The notes beneath the pieces were generated by a model. It had not been told where the DNA came from, did no database searches, and saw nothing but the letters and a program-made list of their open reading frames with translations. This document shows positions 21,321 through 34,466 of a DNA stretch of 64,000 nt, piece by piece (position 1 is the stretch's first letter; each line of letters begins with the position of its first letter). This DNA is from Mobula hypostoma (Eukaryota). Where the stretch lies: contig NC_086097.1 in assembly GCF_963921235.1 (NCBI RefSeq), positions 225,930,001 through 225,994,000 of the forward strand. Direction: 5' to 3'. Position numbers and translations under genes: made by a program.

Positions 21321-21747
21321 CTCTATTTGTTATTCCTACCAGGGAATAAATATTGTTTCTACACTCAGATACAATAGTGGATCCTTGTGATTTTTTCAGC
21401 TTTATCACACTGAGTGCAGTGAAAGTGGTCAGACATTAAGGACTTCTGTTCATTGAAGTGACAGAGTGACTGCATAAAAAGGCGGGGGTAAATATGATCT
21501 TCTGTTAGGTCGATCACCCCCAAGCAATCCACATCCCTGACAGAGTCCCATATCAAGAGTGGCCCGAAACACTGAATGGTACAGGATGATTAGCAGAGCA
21601 GTACTATGCACTAAGCAAACAGGATGAAAAGACAGCAAACAGTGCTAGGAAATGGAAAATAGATTTTACAGGTATTTAGACCATTTGGGGATTTGTGTTT
21701 TTGTTATTTTATGACTGTCTACTAACAGTCATGCTCCTAATGCTGGA

Positions 21748-22370
21748 ACCCAGCCTGAAACGTCAACTCTTTATTCCTCTCAAGAGATGCTGCATGTCCT
21801 GCTGAGTTCCTTCAGCATTTTATGTATGTTGTTCTGGATTTACAGCATTTGCAGAATCTCTTAGGTTTAAAAGAAGATCAAAACTACTGTATTGACAGTG
21901 AGCTGCATTGAAGCCACATAGAAATGAGGCACACATATTTGAAGCAAAATTAGCCTAGTCCAATTTTTTAAGGTTGTAATTGCACCCAGAAATGATTGCT
22001 AATGCAGTTCAATGAACAATTGCACCTCTTACCCTTTCCTTTTGTCTCTTAGCCCTCCTCTTCTCACCTGACCATTATGCCTCTGGGTCCCTTCCCCTTT
22101 CCCTCTCTTCCATGGTCCACTGATCTCTCATATCAGATTTCTTTTTCTTCAGCCATTCCTTCTTCTACTTATCAACTCTCAGCTTCTTGCTTTATCCCCT
22201 GCCCACCCATTTTCCCCTCACCTTGTTTCACCTATCATCTCCCAACCTTTATTACTTCCACCCCATGCATTTCAAGCCCCAGTAATGCGTCTTAATCAAA
22301 ATCATCAACAGCTTATTTCTCTCAATAGATGTTACCTGACCTGCTGAGTTCCTCCAGCATTTGTGTGTGT
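21748..22370 (+). mobile_element. Two Penelope-like 3' fragments (21748-21868 and 22040-22370)
   Basis: CCTGAAACGTCAACT and CCTGCTGAGTTCC(T)CAGCATTT motifs, plus a pyrimidine-rich body like 8700-9060. Confidence 0.7.
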
Positions 22371-23609
22371 CAATGTATGATAGTTATTCACTTCTAAGGC
22401 TGAAGTTCTCATGTTTTGCAAAGCTCAAGTTCTAAGCAAGCTGCCACTTGTGAAACCAAACAGATGTCTGTAAGTTTCCAACTGTATGCATTGTTTAGTT
22501 TCTGGTCAGTCTTCTGTTCGTCAAATGCAAATGAAAGCAGTAATCAGTTTGAAGTTAAAAAAACACTGTCTAAAAAAAAGCTTTGCAAGCAAGTTTTGTA
22601 CACTCTGTCTATGGAAAGTAGGATGTAGCTCAATTTATCTAGTTTATTACTGCTGAAGAGTGCAGTACAACACAATGTTTTATTTAATGTGGCTTGTTTC
22701 AAAACAGACAAGCTAGCTAAGTTGCTTATTTCAAGGAACCTTGCAGACCAGATAGATAATATCATTTAGCTTATAAAAGAACTGAATTATATTATGTTGG
22801 GAGTTCTATGTACTCAAGAAAGTTAGATTCACAGCATTAATTATGGGTGCCTGGTAACTGTGTCTCCACAAAGCTTTTAGACCACATTTGTAAAATAGGT
22901 ATCTGAGAAATATCATATGCATGTGGCCAAGAAACTGTATACATGTAGACAGCAATTCAGCCTTAATGGGAATGAGGTAAGGAACATCAAGAATCTATGA
23001 AAGAAACATAGAGCGAACTGGAATCCTTTCTGCTAATTTTGGATTCTGTGATAGATGATTCATTTGCTTGCATTGTTGGTATGTCTTTTTAGTTCATAGG
23101 AATTGTACTTGTGCTTTGTGTGTTAGAAATGGTTTGTAATATGAACTCTTTGTAATCTTTGCGAGGTTTAAATGTGTTTTAAGAATGTTGTTTGGATTTA
23201 AATGTACATTACTGAAAATCAGTGGACTTTGTTTTGAACTGCCTTTTTAGCTAGAAGTGACTTCACCTTGGTAGGAAGAGGAGACCCACCACTGGAATGG
23301 TGGGTATTGGCAGCTAAACTCACCATGGAAAATAAACAGGGAAGTAAACTAGTCTTTGAAGATATGGAATTTAAATTATAATCTCCCTTTAGTAACAGTA
23401 CTCATAGCTATTTATATCTGATAAGGATTAAGGTCTTCATTTGAGTTTAGGACATTGGGATAGCTAACCCAATACTGTCACAGATGTAGAAGTGCTGTAT
23501 AATTTAAATCCCGAAAATTATTTTCTGCTGTTGATAGAACTTTGCTGTGTTCAAATTGGCAGCTGCATATCACTCAAGATATGCTGGGATAGCTTCTCGA
23601 AAGAGTATA

Positions 23610-23970
23610 TATACTCATTGGCCACTTTGTTAGTACTTTCTTTTCCTGGTCTTCTGCTGCTGAAGCCCATCCACCTCAAGCCTTCTCGTGTTGTGCATTC
23701 AGAAATACTCTTCTGCACTCCACTGTCATAATACATGGTTATAATGGTTACTGTCACCTTCTTATCAACTTGAAACAGTCCAGCCATTCCCCCTGACCTC
23801 TCCCATTATCAAGATGTTTTTGCCCACAGAACTGCCACTCACTAGACGTTTATGTTTTTCATACAATTTTCTGTAAATTCTGGAGACTGTTGTGTAAGAA
23901 AATCCCCAGAGATCAACAGTTTCTGAGATACTCAAACTACACCACCAGGCACCTCCAGTCATTCCACAGT
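23610..23970 (-). mobile_element. Tc1/mariner transposon remnant (one TIR end and the transposase N-terminus)
   Basis: TA followed by TACTCATTGGCCACTTTGTTAG, a TIR-like end. The minus strand encodes LSISETVDLWGFSYTTVSRIYRK, a paired-like HTH. Confidence 0.8.
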
Positions 23971-23984
23971 AATAATGGTAAATA

Positions 23985-24185
23985 TTGTATACTTTTTCTT
24001 TTTGTAGTTGCACAATTCATTGTCTTTTGCACATTGGTTGTTTGTCCATCCTGTTGGGTGAGGCCTTTCATTGATTCTATTGTGTTTCTTTGTACTTACT
24101 CTGAATGCCCACAAGACAATGCATCTCAGGATTGTATAAGGTGACATATATGTACTTTGATAATAAACTTACTTTGAACTTTGAA
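23985..24185 (+). mobile_element. Rex1/Babar 3' UTR
   Basis: ATCTCAGGATTGTATA..GTACTTTGATAATAAA..TTTGAACTTTGA tail. Confidence 0.75.
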
Positions 24186-24642
24186 ATGCCAGTTTTTTGC
24201 AAATAATATTGAGGTATCTATGAGGAAAACCTGACAGAAGACACTCAGTGTAGCTGCCTGATTTACACAGATCTACTCAGGGAACATAATGCAGATGTTC
24301 ACATTGCTAAATTCAGACTTATGTTCATGAATCTGAGAAAAAGCATTAAGCTAAATGTTGTTTCAATACAGCATTATGTGAGCACAGGTAGTATAAAGCA
24401 CCAAATCTGTCCCAGAGGGAATCCTATTCCAATTTTTGAGGTCTGAGCTCACATAATATACACAAAAGGGGTTGAAATTATATCAATATGCTGGCTTAAT
24501 TTTCATCTTTGCCAATTGTGCCACTATCAATGCTTTCATTTATCCAACTATTTATTGGTGGACCAAGTGGAAATGTGGTCTTCACAGGCAACATTTCAAG
24601 GGTTACTCCTCTGCTAGTAGCAAACCAGCTGCAAGGATATCT

Positions 24643-24974
24643 CATAGAAACATAGAAAATAGGTGCAGGAGTAGGCCATTCGGCCCTTCGAACCTGCACC
24701 GCCATTTATTATGATCATGGCTGATCATGCAACTCAGAACCCCACCCCAGCCTTCCCTCCATACCCCCTGACCCCCGTAGCCACAAGGGCCATATCTAAC
24801 TCCCTCTTAAATATAGCCAATGAACTGGCCTCAACAGTTTCCTGTGGCAGAGAATTCCACAGATTCAACACTCTCTGTGTGAAGAAGTTTTTCCTAATCT
24901 TGGTCCTAAAAGGCTTCCCCTTTATCCTCAGATTGTGACCCCTCGTTCTGGACTTCCCCAACATCGGGAACAAT
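24643..24974 (-). mobile_element. Young CR1 3' end
   Basis: Nearly identical to ~10940-11262; encodes RTRGHNLRIKGKPF..WNSLP. Confidence 0.95.
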
Positions 24975-25737
24975 CGACTGTGTTGAAAAATGAAACCTCG
25001 TACTCCATTGATAGTTTTGAATTGTCTGTAATGGAGGGCCCAATAATTAGAATTCTCATTAATTAATTATCAGCACCCATTTCATCAAGGCTCTTGCTGG
25101 AATTTGGAGGAGGAAGAGAAACGGGGGAAGGGATGGATAGTGCAATAGGTCAAATGGAAGGGCTTGAATTTGCCCTTCAAACAGCTCATGATGTTACCCC
25201 TGCAGTTATCTGACAGCCAGTGCAGTAGGCGGCTGTGCTTCTCCAGGGAGGTTGTCACCTACTTTAATAACCTCTGTAGTCAAGCATTGCCAGTTGCAGT
25301 CAGTATCGCTGCAGCCCTGAACTTATTTATCTCTGACTCCTTTTAGGTTTCCACAGGGGAATCGGTAACATCAGCCAGTCTACAGTTCATGATTAAATTA
25401 ATCAGGTGACCAGGCTTGCCAGGACAAACACTCTCATCGCATTCCCCACGGACAAGCAGAAGCATAGGACAGGCCTCCAGGGTCTGCACAGATTGCAGCC
25501 TTCCCCCACTTCTGACTATACACGTATTACCCTCTGAGCACTTTTATACCACCCGCCTGCCCTTTTGAATCACATTGTCTAAACGTGTATGATTACTAGT
25601 ACAATAAAATGCAGCTTTGTGCTCAATTTTCTTGTGCCCATTTTCCTCGCCATTCTTTAACCAAACACAAAAAGTGAGGCTGACTGCTTGTTGACAAATA
25701 CAATCTCCTATGCATTTGCCTCATGACTCTACATTCA

Positions 25738-27150
25738 TAATCAACCATCAGGCTCTTGAAATACAGGGGATAACTTCACTCAATCTCACTTGCTCCATCA
25801 GTGAACTGTTCCCACAACCTATGGACTTGCTTTCATGGACTCTTCATCTCATGTCCTCAATATGCATTATTTATATGTGTATGTATTTCTTTCTTTCTTT
25901 CTTTATTATTTCCTTTGTATTCTCACAGTGTTGTCTTTTGCACACTGGTTGTCTTGTTCAGTGCAGTCTTTCATTGATTTAAAGTTCAAAGTTTAAAGTA
26001 TATTCATTATCGAAGTATGTATACAACGTACAACCTTGAAACTTGTTTCTTCACAGGCAGCGACAAAACAAAGAAACAATAGAACGCATTAAGAAAGACC
26101 ATCAAACACCAAATGTGCAGGGAAAAAAACAAAAGTGTAAACAATAACACTCAAAACTGAAGTTCAGGAAAATGAGCCCACTGCCATAGAGCCATTCATC
26201 ATTCTACAGGGGCACAATTGAGAGCATTCTGACTGGCTGCATCACTGCCTTGCTATGGGAACTGCACTTCCCTCAATCACAGGACTCTGCAGAGAGTGGT
26301 GCAGACAGCCCAGCGCATCTGTAGATGTGAACTTCCCACTATTCAGGACATTTACAAAGACAGGTGTGTAAAAAGGGCCTGAAAGATCATTGGGGACCCA
26401 AGTCACCCCAACCACAAACTGTTCCAGCTGTTATCATCTGGGAAATGGTACTGCAGTGTAAAAGCCAGGACCAACAGGCTCAGGGACATCTCCTACGAGG
26501 CCATTAGACTGCTTAATTCATGCTGACACAACTGTATTTCTATGTTATATTGACTATCCTGTTGTACATAATATTCATTATAAATTACTATAAATTGCAT
26601 ATTGCACATTTAGACGGAGACGTAACATGAAGATTTTTACTCCTCATGTATATGAAGGATGTAAGTAATAAAGTCAATTCAATTCAGTTCAGTTCAATTC
26701 ATCACTGCATCTGATCCAGGAGCCCATTAGTGGCAAGCCACAGCCTCAGTTCAGTGCAGAGATGAGTAAACCTCGCAGAACAGCAAAATGAATGCCAGCC
26801 CATACTTCACCTCCAGTCCCAACACCCTGATCTTTTCAATCTGGACTTGCGATTAAATCAGACAAACCTCAGGTTGTTCCTTGCTCTTGGACCTGGGCTC
26901 TAGCACTTCAAGTATCTCTTGGGCCAAAGAGTGCATCGATTTTACATGGATTCAGTCCATATGTGACATTTCCAGACGGGCCCAGTGTTTAAATTGGACA
27001 AACAGAGCATCATTCCTCGCTCTTGGAAGCTAATATGTTCTATTATGGTTATTCGATTTAGAGTATGTCTGCAAGAAAACGAATCTCAGGATTGTATATG
27101 GTGACAAATATGTACTTTGATGATAAATTAATTGTGAACTTTGGACTTTG
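25738..27150. mobile_element. Three-level nest of Rex1/Babar-type pieces: + 3' UTR, - insert at 25981-27030, + insert at 26202-26696
   Basis: The inner copy matches 38202-38685 and has TSD ATTCATCA (26194-26201 / 26697-26704). The outer UTR resumes at ~27030. Confidence 0.75.
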
Positions 27151-27647
27151 CACTTTAGAAAACCACACTCAACAGCTATTTAGCAGGTATCACCTGCTAA
27201 TTCTCCACTCCTCTGAAATAATAGTCATATTTATCACCTATTTTGATCCTTCCAACCTCATATTATCTGCATCCATTGACTAAAACTAAAATTTGAAAAG
27301 AAACTGCAAGATGAGCTGCATTGCTCAAGCAGTATCTGTGGGGGTGGAGGGATGGTCGACGAGATTTTGAAAAAAGAGTAAGAATGTAGAGGGACGATAG
27401 ACAGTATAGAGAAGTGAGAGGGAAGACTAAGATGGGAACTTGTAGAACCAGGTGAAGTGAAATGTGATGGACAAATGGGGCCCGGTGAAGGATGGTGAGG
27501 AGCAGTTTTACGGCTGAGATTGGCAGATGATAGCTGGAAACAGATAAGGAAAAAAAGAATATCGATAAATATGTGGGTGCAAGGAAGGTAAAGACTGGAA
27601 GTTGATGTCGAAGAATGTAAAAGGTTTAAAAAAGAAGTGAGAACATA

Positions 27648-28162
27648 CAGTACTGTGCAATTCTTAGGCACATATACTGTATATAGCTAGTCTACCTAAG
27701 ACTTTTGCACAGTACTGTAGTAGTTTTATGTATTGCACTGTACTGCTGCTGGAAAAGAAGACTAACATTTGATGACATACGTGAGTGATGATAAACCTGA
27801 TTCTGATGTGCATTGAGAGAGGAGAGTGGACCTTTGTGGACTGAGAATGGGGAGGGGGAAGGAGAAGGGAATCATGGTTGGGAAAAGGGGCGGGGAGAGG
27901 GAAGCACCAGAGAGACATTCTGTAATTCAATTGTTTGGAATCAAATGACCTTGCCTCGTTTCTCAGGGCTGGGTGTTTCTGCACCCATGCCACCTCCGCC
28001 GCCTGTCCCACACCCCTCCTATGGCACTCCACCCTTGCCATTTCCAACATGCTTTACTCCCACCAAACTTGCTCTCCACTCCACATTGACAAATTCAGTG
28101 CTGTGCAGAAGTCTCAGGCACCCTAGCTGTGTATATGTGCCTAAGAATATGGAACAATACTG
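27648..28162. mobile_element. Composite Tc1/mariner-type MITE with self-palindromic ~70-bp ends
   Basis: TA-CAGTACTGTGCAA..CTTAGGCAC..CCTAAGACTTTTGCACAGTACTG-TA (27648-27717), with an inverted degenerate copy at 28096-28162. Confidence 0.75.
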
Positions 28163-28809
28163 TGAGGGCACTGTTAGGAATGGAAAAGTGAGTGTAGCTT
28201 ACCTGAAATTAGAAAATTCTATGTCTAATATTTGGTGTTATTTAGCATTATGTAGGAACTGGCTGTCCCCAAGATTATCAGCATACACAAATTTTCATGG
28301 CGTACCATTTTATTAGCACACGCAGTGGGTTTAAATATCACCAGATGAGAGAATTGTTTGTTTACCCAGCCTAAGCAACCTTGTCATTGCCTCTATAATT
28401 GTCAAATCATACTACATCTGGGATTGTGAAAAAAACATCCATTCTGTCTCCTGACCTGGCTGAAAGAAAAGAGCTGGTAGAAATCAAAGCCTTTAGGGCC
28501 AGAACATCACCATCAGTCAGAGACATTCTGAACGGTCAAGAGGTTCTTGCACCGTGTTCAAGATGCGATGTCCATTAAAATGATTGTAGGATTACTTTCT
28601 TTATTCATTTCAGGATGTGTGCTTTGGTGGCAAGGCCAGGCTTAATTAGCTATTCTCATTTACTCCTGATTCTTGACCTGTCTTCTTGAACTGCTACAGA
28701 TCTTCTGGTGAAGGTGCTGCCACAATGCTGTTGGCTGGGGAGCTCCAGGAATTAGAGCCGCAGTAAAGAGGACAGGTTATACCTTTCTGTATCTTGGAGA
28801 GGTATCTGT

Positions 28810-30232
28810 AGGTTCAAAGGTGCATCTGTTATCAAAGTATAGAACTGGAAATTAGCCATGAAACCAAGAAAGGAAAGAAAGGCAGCACAATCATCAACCC
28901 CCAAAATCCACCCTCCCACCACAAAAACTGACCAAAACAGATCAAGCACATTGACGACTAAATTCCTCCTCCCACACAAAAAAACAAGAAAGGCTGCGTG
29001 AAAAGCACAGAATATAAAAAACTATAAGTCTGAACAAAAAAGTCTACAGCCCAAGTCCACATCCAAAATGCAGAAAAAACCTGGAGAACACTCGCCGGGT
29101 ACAGTGGCAAATGTTTCCCTTGCTGGTACAGAGCAATCAAAAGACAGGCAGCCAGTGCTCACTCTCTACACTCACCTCAATGCCTCAATCTCCCTCGTTG
29201 CTTTAATTGACAAACAGTGGAAGCCTTACTTGGAGTACTGTGTTCAGTTCTGGTCACCTCACTACAGGAAGGATGTTGATACTATAGAGAAAGTGCAGAG
29301 GAGATTTACAAGGATGTTGCCTGGTTGGAGGGCATATCTTATGAGAATAGATTGTGTACTTGGCCTTTTCTCCTTGGAGTGACAAAGGATGAGAGGTGAC
29401 CTGACAGAGGTGTATAAGATGATGAGAGACACTGATCATGTGGATAGCCAGAGGCTTTTTCCCAGGGCTGAAATGGCTAACACGAGGGGGCATCGTTTTA
29501 AGGTGCTTAGAAATAGATACCAAGGGGAAGTCAGGGGTAAGTTTTTCACACAGAGAGTGGTGGGTGCATGGAATGCACTGCTTGCGGCAGTGGTGGAAAC
29601 AGATACAATAGGGTCTTTTAAGAGCCTCTTAAATAGGTATATGGAGCTTAGAAAAATAGAGGGCTATGCGCTAGGGAAATTCTGGGCAGTTTCTAGAGTA
29701 GGTTACATGGTCAGCACGACATTGTGAGCTGAAGGGCCTGTAATGTGCTGTAGGTTTCTATGTTTCATGTTTGTTTAATTGGCGAATGGAGTCTAGTTTT
29801 GGCTTGTGCCCCGTCCTGCAGCCTTACTGCCATGAAGATTGCGCATGCTATCTCTGTCTCCCAAAACCCTCTCCGCGTCTGCTGAAGGTTGAAACACCCA
29901 AATGATTTCCAAGCTTCCACATTTGCCTCGATGCTTCAATCTCCCTCATCATTCTAATGGAAGAATGGAAGATTTAATCGGCGAAATGGAGTCAAACATC
30001 GGCTCGCAGCCTACCCACCATGAAGTTCTGACCCCTGCAATTGTCTTGGAGACTGCAGAGCACTGGAGCACCCGAACAGTCTCCATGCAGCAAATCACAG
30101 ACTCCAACAGTTCCAGAATCACATCCAAGATGAAAAACAAACATAAAAGATATAAAAGAAGTGAAATATGTGCTTTCATGATCTATCCAGGAGATGTCGA
30201 CCAAAGGAGCGCTGTACTATGGCACCATTTTG
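28810..30232 (-). mobile_element. Non-coding, probably Rex-mobilised non-autonomous element
   Basis: The minus strand starts CAAAATGGTGCC (AAGATGGCGCC-like 5' end) and ends GATAA..CCTTTGAACC, a Rex-like tail. No RT is recognisable. Confidence 0.5.
29215..29773 (+). mobile_element. CR1 3' part
   Basis: PYLEYCVQFWSPHYRKD, RGDLTEVYKMM..TRGH; TTTAATTG TSD. Confidence 0.93.
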
Positions 30233-31595
30233 AATAGAGCGTTGCATTCTCAAAAACAGCTGCCCATGCCTTTCTTGATGGATGATGATATGGGGTTGGG
30301 AGCTGCTACTGGAGTAGCATAGATGAGTAACTGTAGTACACTTTGCTGATAGTGTACACTGCAATGTCAGTGTGCCACTGGTGGAGGAAATGGATGTTCA
30401 AGGTGGTAGATTTAGAGCTAAGGCAAGTCACATTGATTTAGATTTTACTAAGTTGATGGAACGGTGCTCGTTCAGGCAAATGGAGAGTATTCCATTGTGG
30501 TAGTGATGCCTGAAATTTTACAGGTTGACCAGCTAGTGTAACCTCCATAAGTAAGCACTGGGCCAGTTGAATTTCTGGTTAGTGGCAACACCCAGGATAT
30601 TGGTGGTGTTAATACCATTTAATATTGGGTAGATGTGTGAATTGTCTCTTGCTTGCCACTTTTTCTGGTATCTTTATTACTTGCCACCTATCTGGAATCT
30701 GAACGTTGTCAATCTGCAATCAGTTTCACTTGCTGAGAGATTGTGAATGGAATGGAATATGGGACAATCTTCAGCTAACATAACCACTTCTGACTTTTGA
30801 TGGAAGGAAGGTCAATCATGACGTAGCTGAAGATGGAAGGGCTTGCTTTGAGGAACTGTTATAATGTTATCTTGGAATTGGGATGGCTTAGTTCTGATGA
30901 TCAGAGAGACATAGATATGATGAGATATGACTCCAATCTCTTCAGATTTTTTCTAATACCCATTAATTTCAGTGTTACCAGGGTAACCTGATGTTACTCT
31001 CAATCCCATGTTGCCTTTATGTCATAATGACACTTCTATGCAGGTTCTAGGACAGAACAACTGATATGTTAATGGCAAGGAATTTAAAGCTACTGACCCC
31101 CTCCACATCTGTTTCCTTAAAGAGGACTGGCTCATGGGCCAATGGATTCTGCATCCTGCAGTCGATAATCAACTCCTTAGTTTTGCTGATATGGACTGAA
31201 AGGTTGTTGCTGTGGCTCCTCTCAGCCAGACTTTCAGTCTCCCTGCTATATGCCAATTCATCACCTTCGTTGGTCTGGCCAACAACGCTGGTGTTGTCAG
31301 CAAATATAAATATGGCATTGGAGCTGTGCTTAGCCACACGATCATAAGTATAAAGTGAATAGAGCAGGGGTATAAAGTGAATATGCACACAGACCAGTGG
31401 TGCACATGTGCTGATGGTGAACGTGGAAGAAATGTTACCAATCTGTACTAACTGTGGTCTGCCACTGAGGAAATTGAGGATCCAGTTGCACAACGAGGTA
31501 TCAAGTTCAAGGTCTTAGAGCTTAATCATAAGTTTCAAGGGTATGATAATGTTAAATGCTGAGCTGTAGTTAATGAAGAACATCCAGATGTATGA

Positions 31596-32560
31596 ACATA
31601 GTAATCTACAGCATATTACAGGCCCTTCGGCCCACAATGTTGAGTCGATCATGTAACCTACTCTAGAAACTGCCTAGAATTTCCCTACCGTATAGCCCTC
31701 TATTTTTCTAAGCTCCATGTACCTATCTAAGAGTTTCTTAAAAGACCCTATTGTATCCTCTGCTACCACCTTCACTGGCAGTGCATTCCATGCACCCACC
31801 ACTTTCTGTGTGGAAAAACTTACCTCTGACATCCCCATTGTACCTATTTCCAGCTACCTTAAAACTATGCCCCTTCGTGTTAGCCATTTCAGCCCAGGGG
31901 AAAAATCCTCTGTCTATCGACATGATCAATGTTTCTCATCATCTTATACACCTCTTTCAGTTCGCCTCTCATTCTCCGTCGCTCCAAGGAGAAAAGGACA
32001 AGTTCACTCAACCTTTTCTCATAAGGCATGCTCTCCAATCCAAGCAACATCCTAGTGAATCTCCTCTGCACTCTCTCTATAGTATTCACATCCTTCCTAT
32101 AGTGAGGTTACCAGAAGTGAACACAGTACTCCAAATGGGGTCTAACTATGGTCTTATATAGCTTTAACATTACCTCACGGCTCTTGTGCTCAATCCCACG
32201 GTTGATGAAAGCCAACACACCATACGCCTTCTTCTGCTTGTGGCCATCGAACTTTGCAGTTCCTCCCGTGGAGGGTCAGACACCCTGAGCCAATAGGCTG
32301 GTCCTGGACTTATTTCCATCTGGCATAGTTTGCATATTGTTGTTTGGTTGTTTGTGGTTTTGTATTGCTATATTTATGCTCTATTCTTGGTTGGAGCAGC
32401 TATAACGAAACCCAATTTCCCTCGGGATCAATAAAGTATATCTATCTATCTATCTATCTATTAACAACACTGCCAACCTGTGCAGCAGCTTTGAGTGCCC
32501 TATACATACAAACCCCAAAATCCCACTGATCCTCCACACTGCCAAGAGTTTTACCATTAA
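31596..32560 (-). mobile_element. CR1 3' part, itself split by a Rex tail
   Basis: IERVQRRFTRML..LFSLERRRMRG; resumes at 32461. Confidence 0.9.
32235..32460 (+). mobile_element. Rex1-type 3' end with (TCTA)n tail
   Basis: CAATTTCCCTCGGGATCAATAAAGTA followed by (TCTA)5. Confidence 0.75.
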
Positions 32561-32734
32561 TATTACCATTAGTAATTTTAATATGCATTACAATTAGTAT
32601 GCTTCTTCATTGTTCAGGTTTTCCAGAGTTGAATGAAGAGTCAATGAAATAGCATTTGTTGTTGACCTGCTGTGATGGGAGGCATATTGCAGTAGATTCA
32701 GGTCTCTCCTCAGGCAGGAGTTGATATGCAGCAA

Positions 32735-33420
32735 AGGTTCAAAGTTTCAAAAGTTACACGTAAATTTATTATTGAAGTACATATATGTCACCATATGCAA
32801 CCCTGAGATTCATTTTCTTGTGTGCATACTCGATTAATCTGTAGAATAAGAACAGTATCAAAATCCATGGAAGAAGCCCAACTTGGGCATTCATCCAGAA
32901 TGCAGAAGACAACAAACTGCACAAATACAAAAAGAAAGAAAAAAAAATGATAATAATAAATAAATAAGCAATAGAAATTGAGAACATGAGCTGAAGTCGT
33001 TGAAAGTGAGTCCATAGGTTGTGGAAATGTTCCAATGAAAGGGCAAATGAAGTTATCCCCTTTGGTTTGAGATCCTGATGGTTGAGGGGTAGTAATTGTT
33101 CTTGAGCTTAGTGGTGTGAGTCCTGAGGCTCCTGTACCCTCTCCCTCATGGCAGAAGCAAGAAGAGAGCATTTCCTGAGTGGTTAGGGTCCCTAATGCTG
33201 GATACTGCTTTCCTGCAACAGCCTTTCATGTTGATGTGTTTAATGGTGGGGAGGGCTTTATCATTAATGGACTGGACCATATCTACGATATTTTGTAGGA
33301 TTTCCCATACAAGGCCATTGGTGTTTCTACATCAGGCTGTGATGCAGCCAGACAATATATTCTCCACCACACAGCTATAGAAATCAGAAAAAGTTTTAGA
33401 TGTCATGCCAAATCTCTGCA
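32735..33420 (-). mobile_element. Rex1/Babar 3' part
   Basis: Antisense tail GGTTCAAAGTTTCAAAAG and the ORF C-terminal region homologous to 14775-15424. Confidence 0.82.
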
Positions 33421-34212
33421 TCATGACCGACTTCTTGAAGTTGATATACTTCATGAACTTTAGTAAGTAGGTTATTGGTGAGAAAGTGCCTCTTGATAGC
33501 ACTGTTGATACCAGCTCCCATCATTTTGGTGATGATTAGGAATAGAATGATTGGACAGTAATTGACTAGACTGAATATGTCCTGCTTATTGTGAACATGA
33601 TATATCCGGGCAGTTTTCTACAGTTGTCAGGTAGATGCCAGTGTTGATTGAATAATTCCATGGTTGACTGCCAAGTGCAATTGCTAAGTTAGTATTTGAC
33701 TTCCCTGTATTCTCTTATGTGTTATGGAAGCAGTCTTATACAGTACATGTGTCAATTATGGTAACTCAGAATGATTATTTCTACATTACTAAATTTTGTG
33801 TCTCACTATCACTCTATAAAGCAATTAATCTCAAAGTGGATCCAGCATATCAAAATATAGTCTTTTGGCTGTGAACTTGAAGTAAATAAATTAAATCGCA
33901 AAAAATAGAAATTGATTAGAGTGGCTAAGTGCCAAAATGGAGTGTTTGAATTTAGTATCTATAAAGTACACCCGTACTTTAAGCTAATATTCTTTTAATA
34001 TATTGGGATAGTTTGGTTGACACTGAATGTGAGAGATGTACCAACTTAAATTTAGAGGAAATAATCACTTCATTTTGGATATTTCCTCAAAAATCTGCGG
34101 CTCTCTAGGTATTGTGGACTGATATTTCTTTTGAGTTACAGCTCTCCTCTCCAATACTCCATTGATAAAAGGTAACATTGAATGTCACTCTTGTTTTAAC
34201 TTACTTCTACAC

Positions 34213-34466
34213 TGAAATTTTTTTAGCCAGAGGGTGGTGAATCTGTGGAATCTGTTGCCACAGGTGGCAGCGGAGATCAAGTCATTGGGTGTATTTAAGG
34301 CAGAGATTGATAGGTATCTGAGTAGCCAAAGCATCAAGGGTTATGGTGAGAAGGTAGGGAAGTGGGACTAAATGGGAGAATGGATCAGCTCATGATAAAA
34401 TGGCGGAGCAGACTTGATGGGCCGAATGGCTGACTTCTGCTATGTCGTCTTATGGTCTTATGGTCT
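34213..34466 (+). mobile_element. CR1 3' end
   Basis: FFSQRVVNLWNLLP and a (TTATGGTC)n tail. Confidence 0.9.

Larger units (their letters stand above)
31040..32730 (-). mobile_element. Rex1/Babar RT fragment interrupted by a CR1
   Basis: [41 protein letters not shown]. Confidence 0.85.
28597..33670 (-). mobile_element. Old L2/CR1-group LINE RT and 3' end in three pieces (28597-28805, 30235-31020, 33420-33670)
   Basis: The minus strand near 30840-30760 encodes PSIFSYVMIDLPSI followed by a decayed FADD-equivalent. The pieces are colinear around younger insertions. Confidence 0.65.

Noticed and set aside
27258..28316. Overlapping 128-167 aa ORFs
   Set aside because: They span MITE, Penelope and Rex fragments with biased composition and show no protein family signal.
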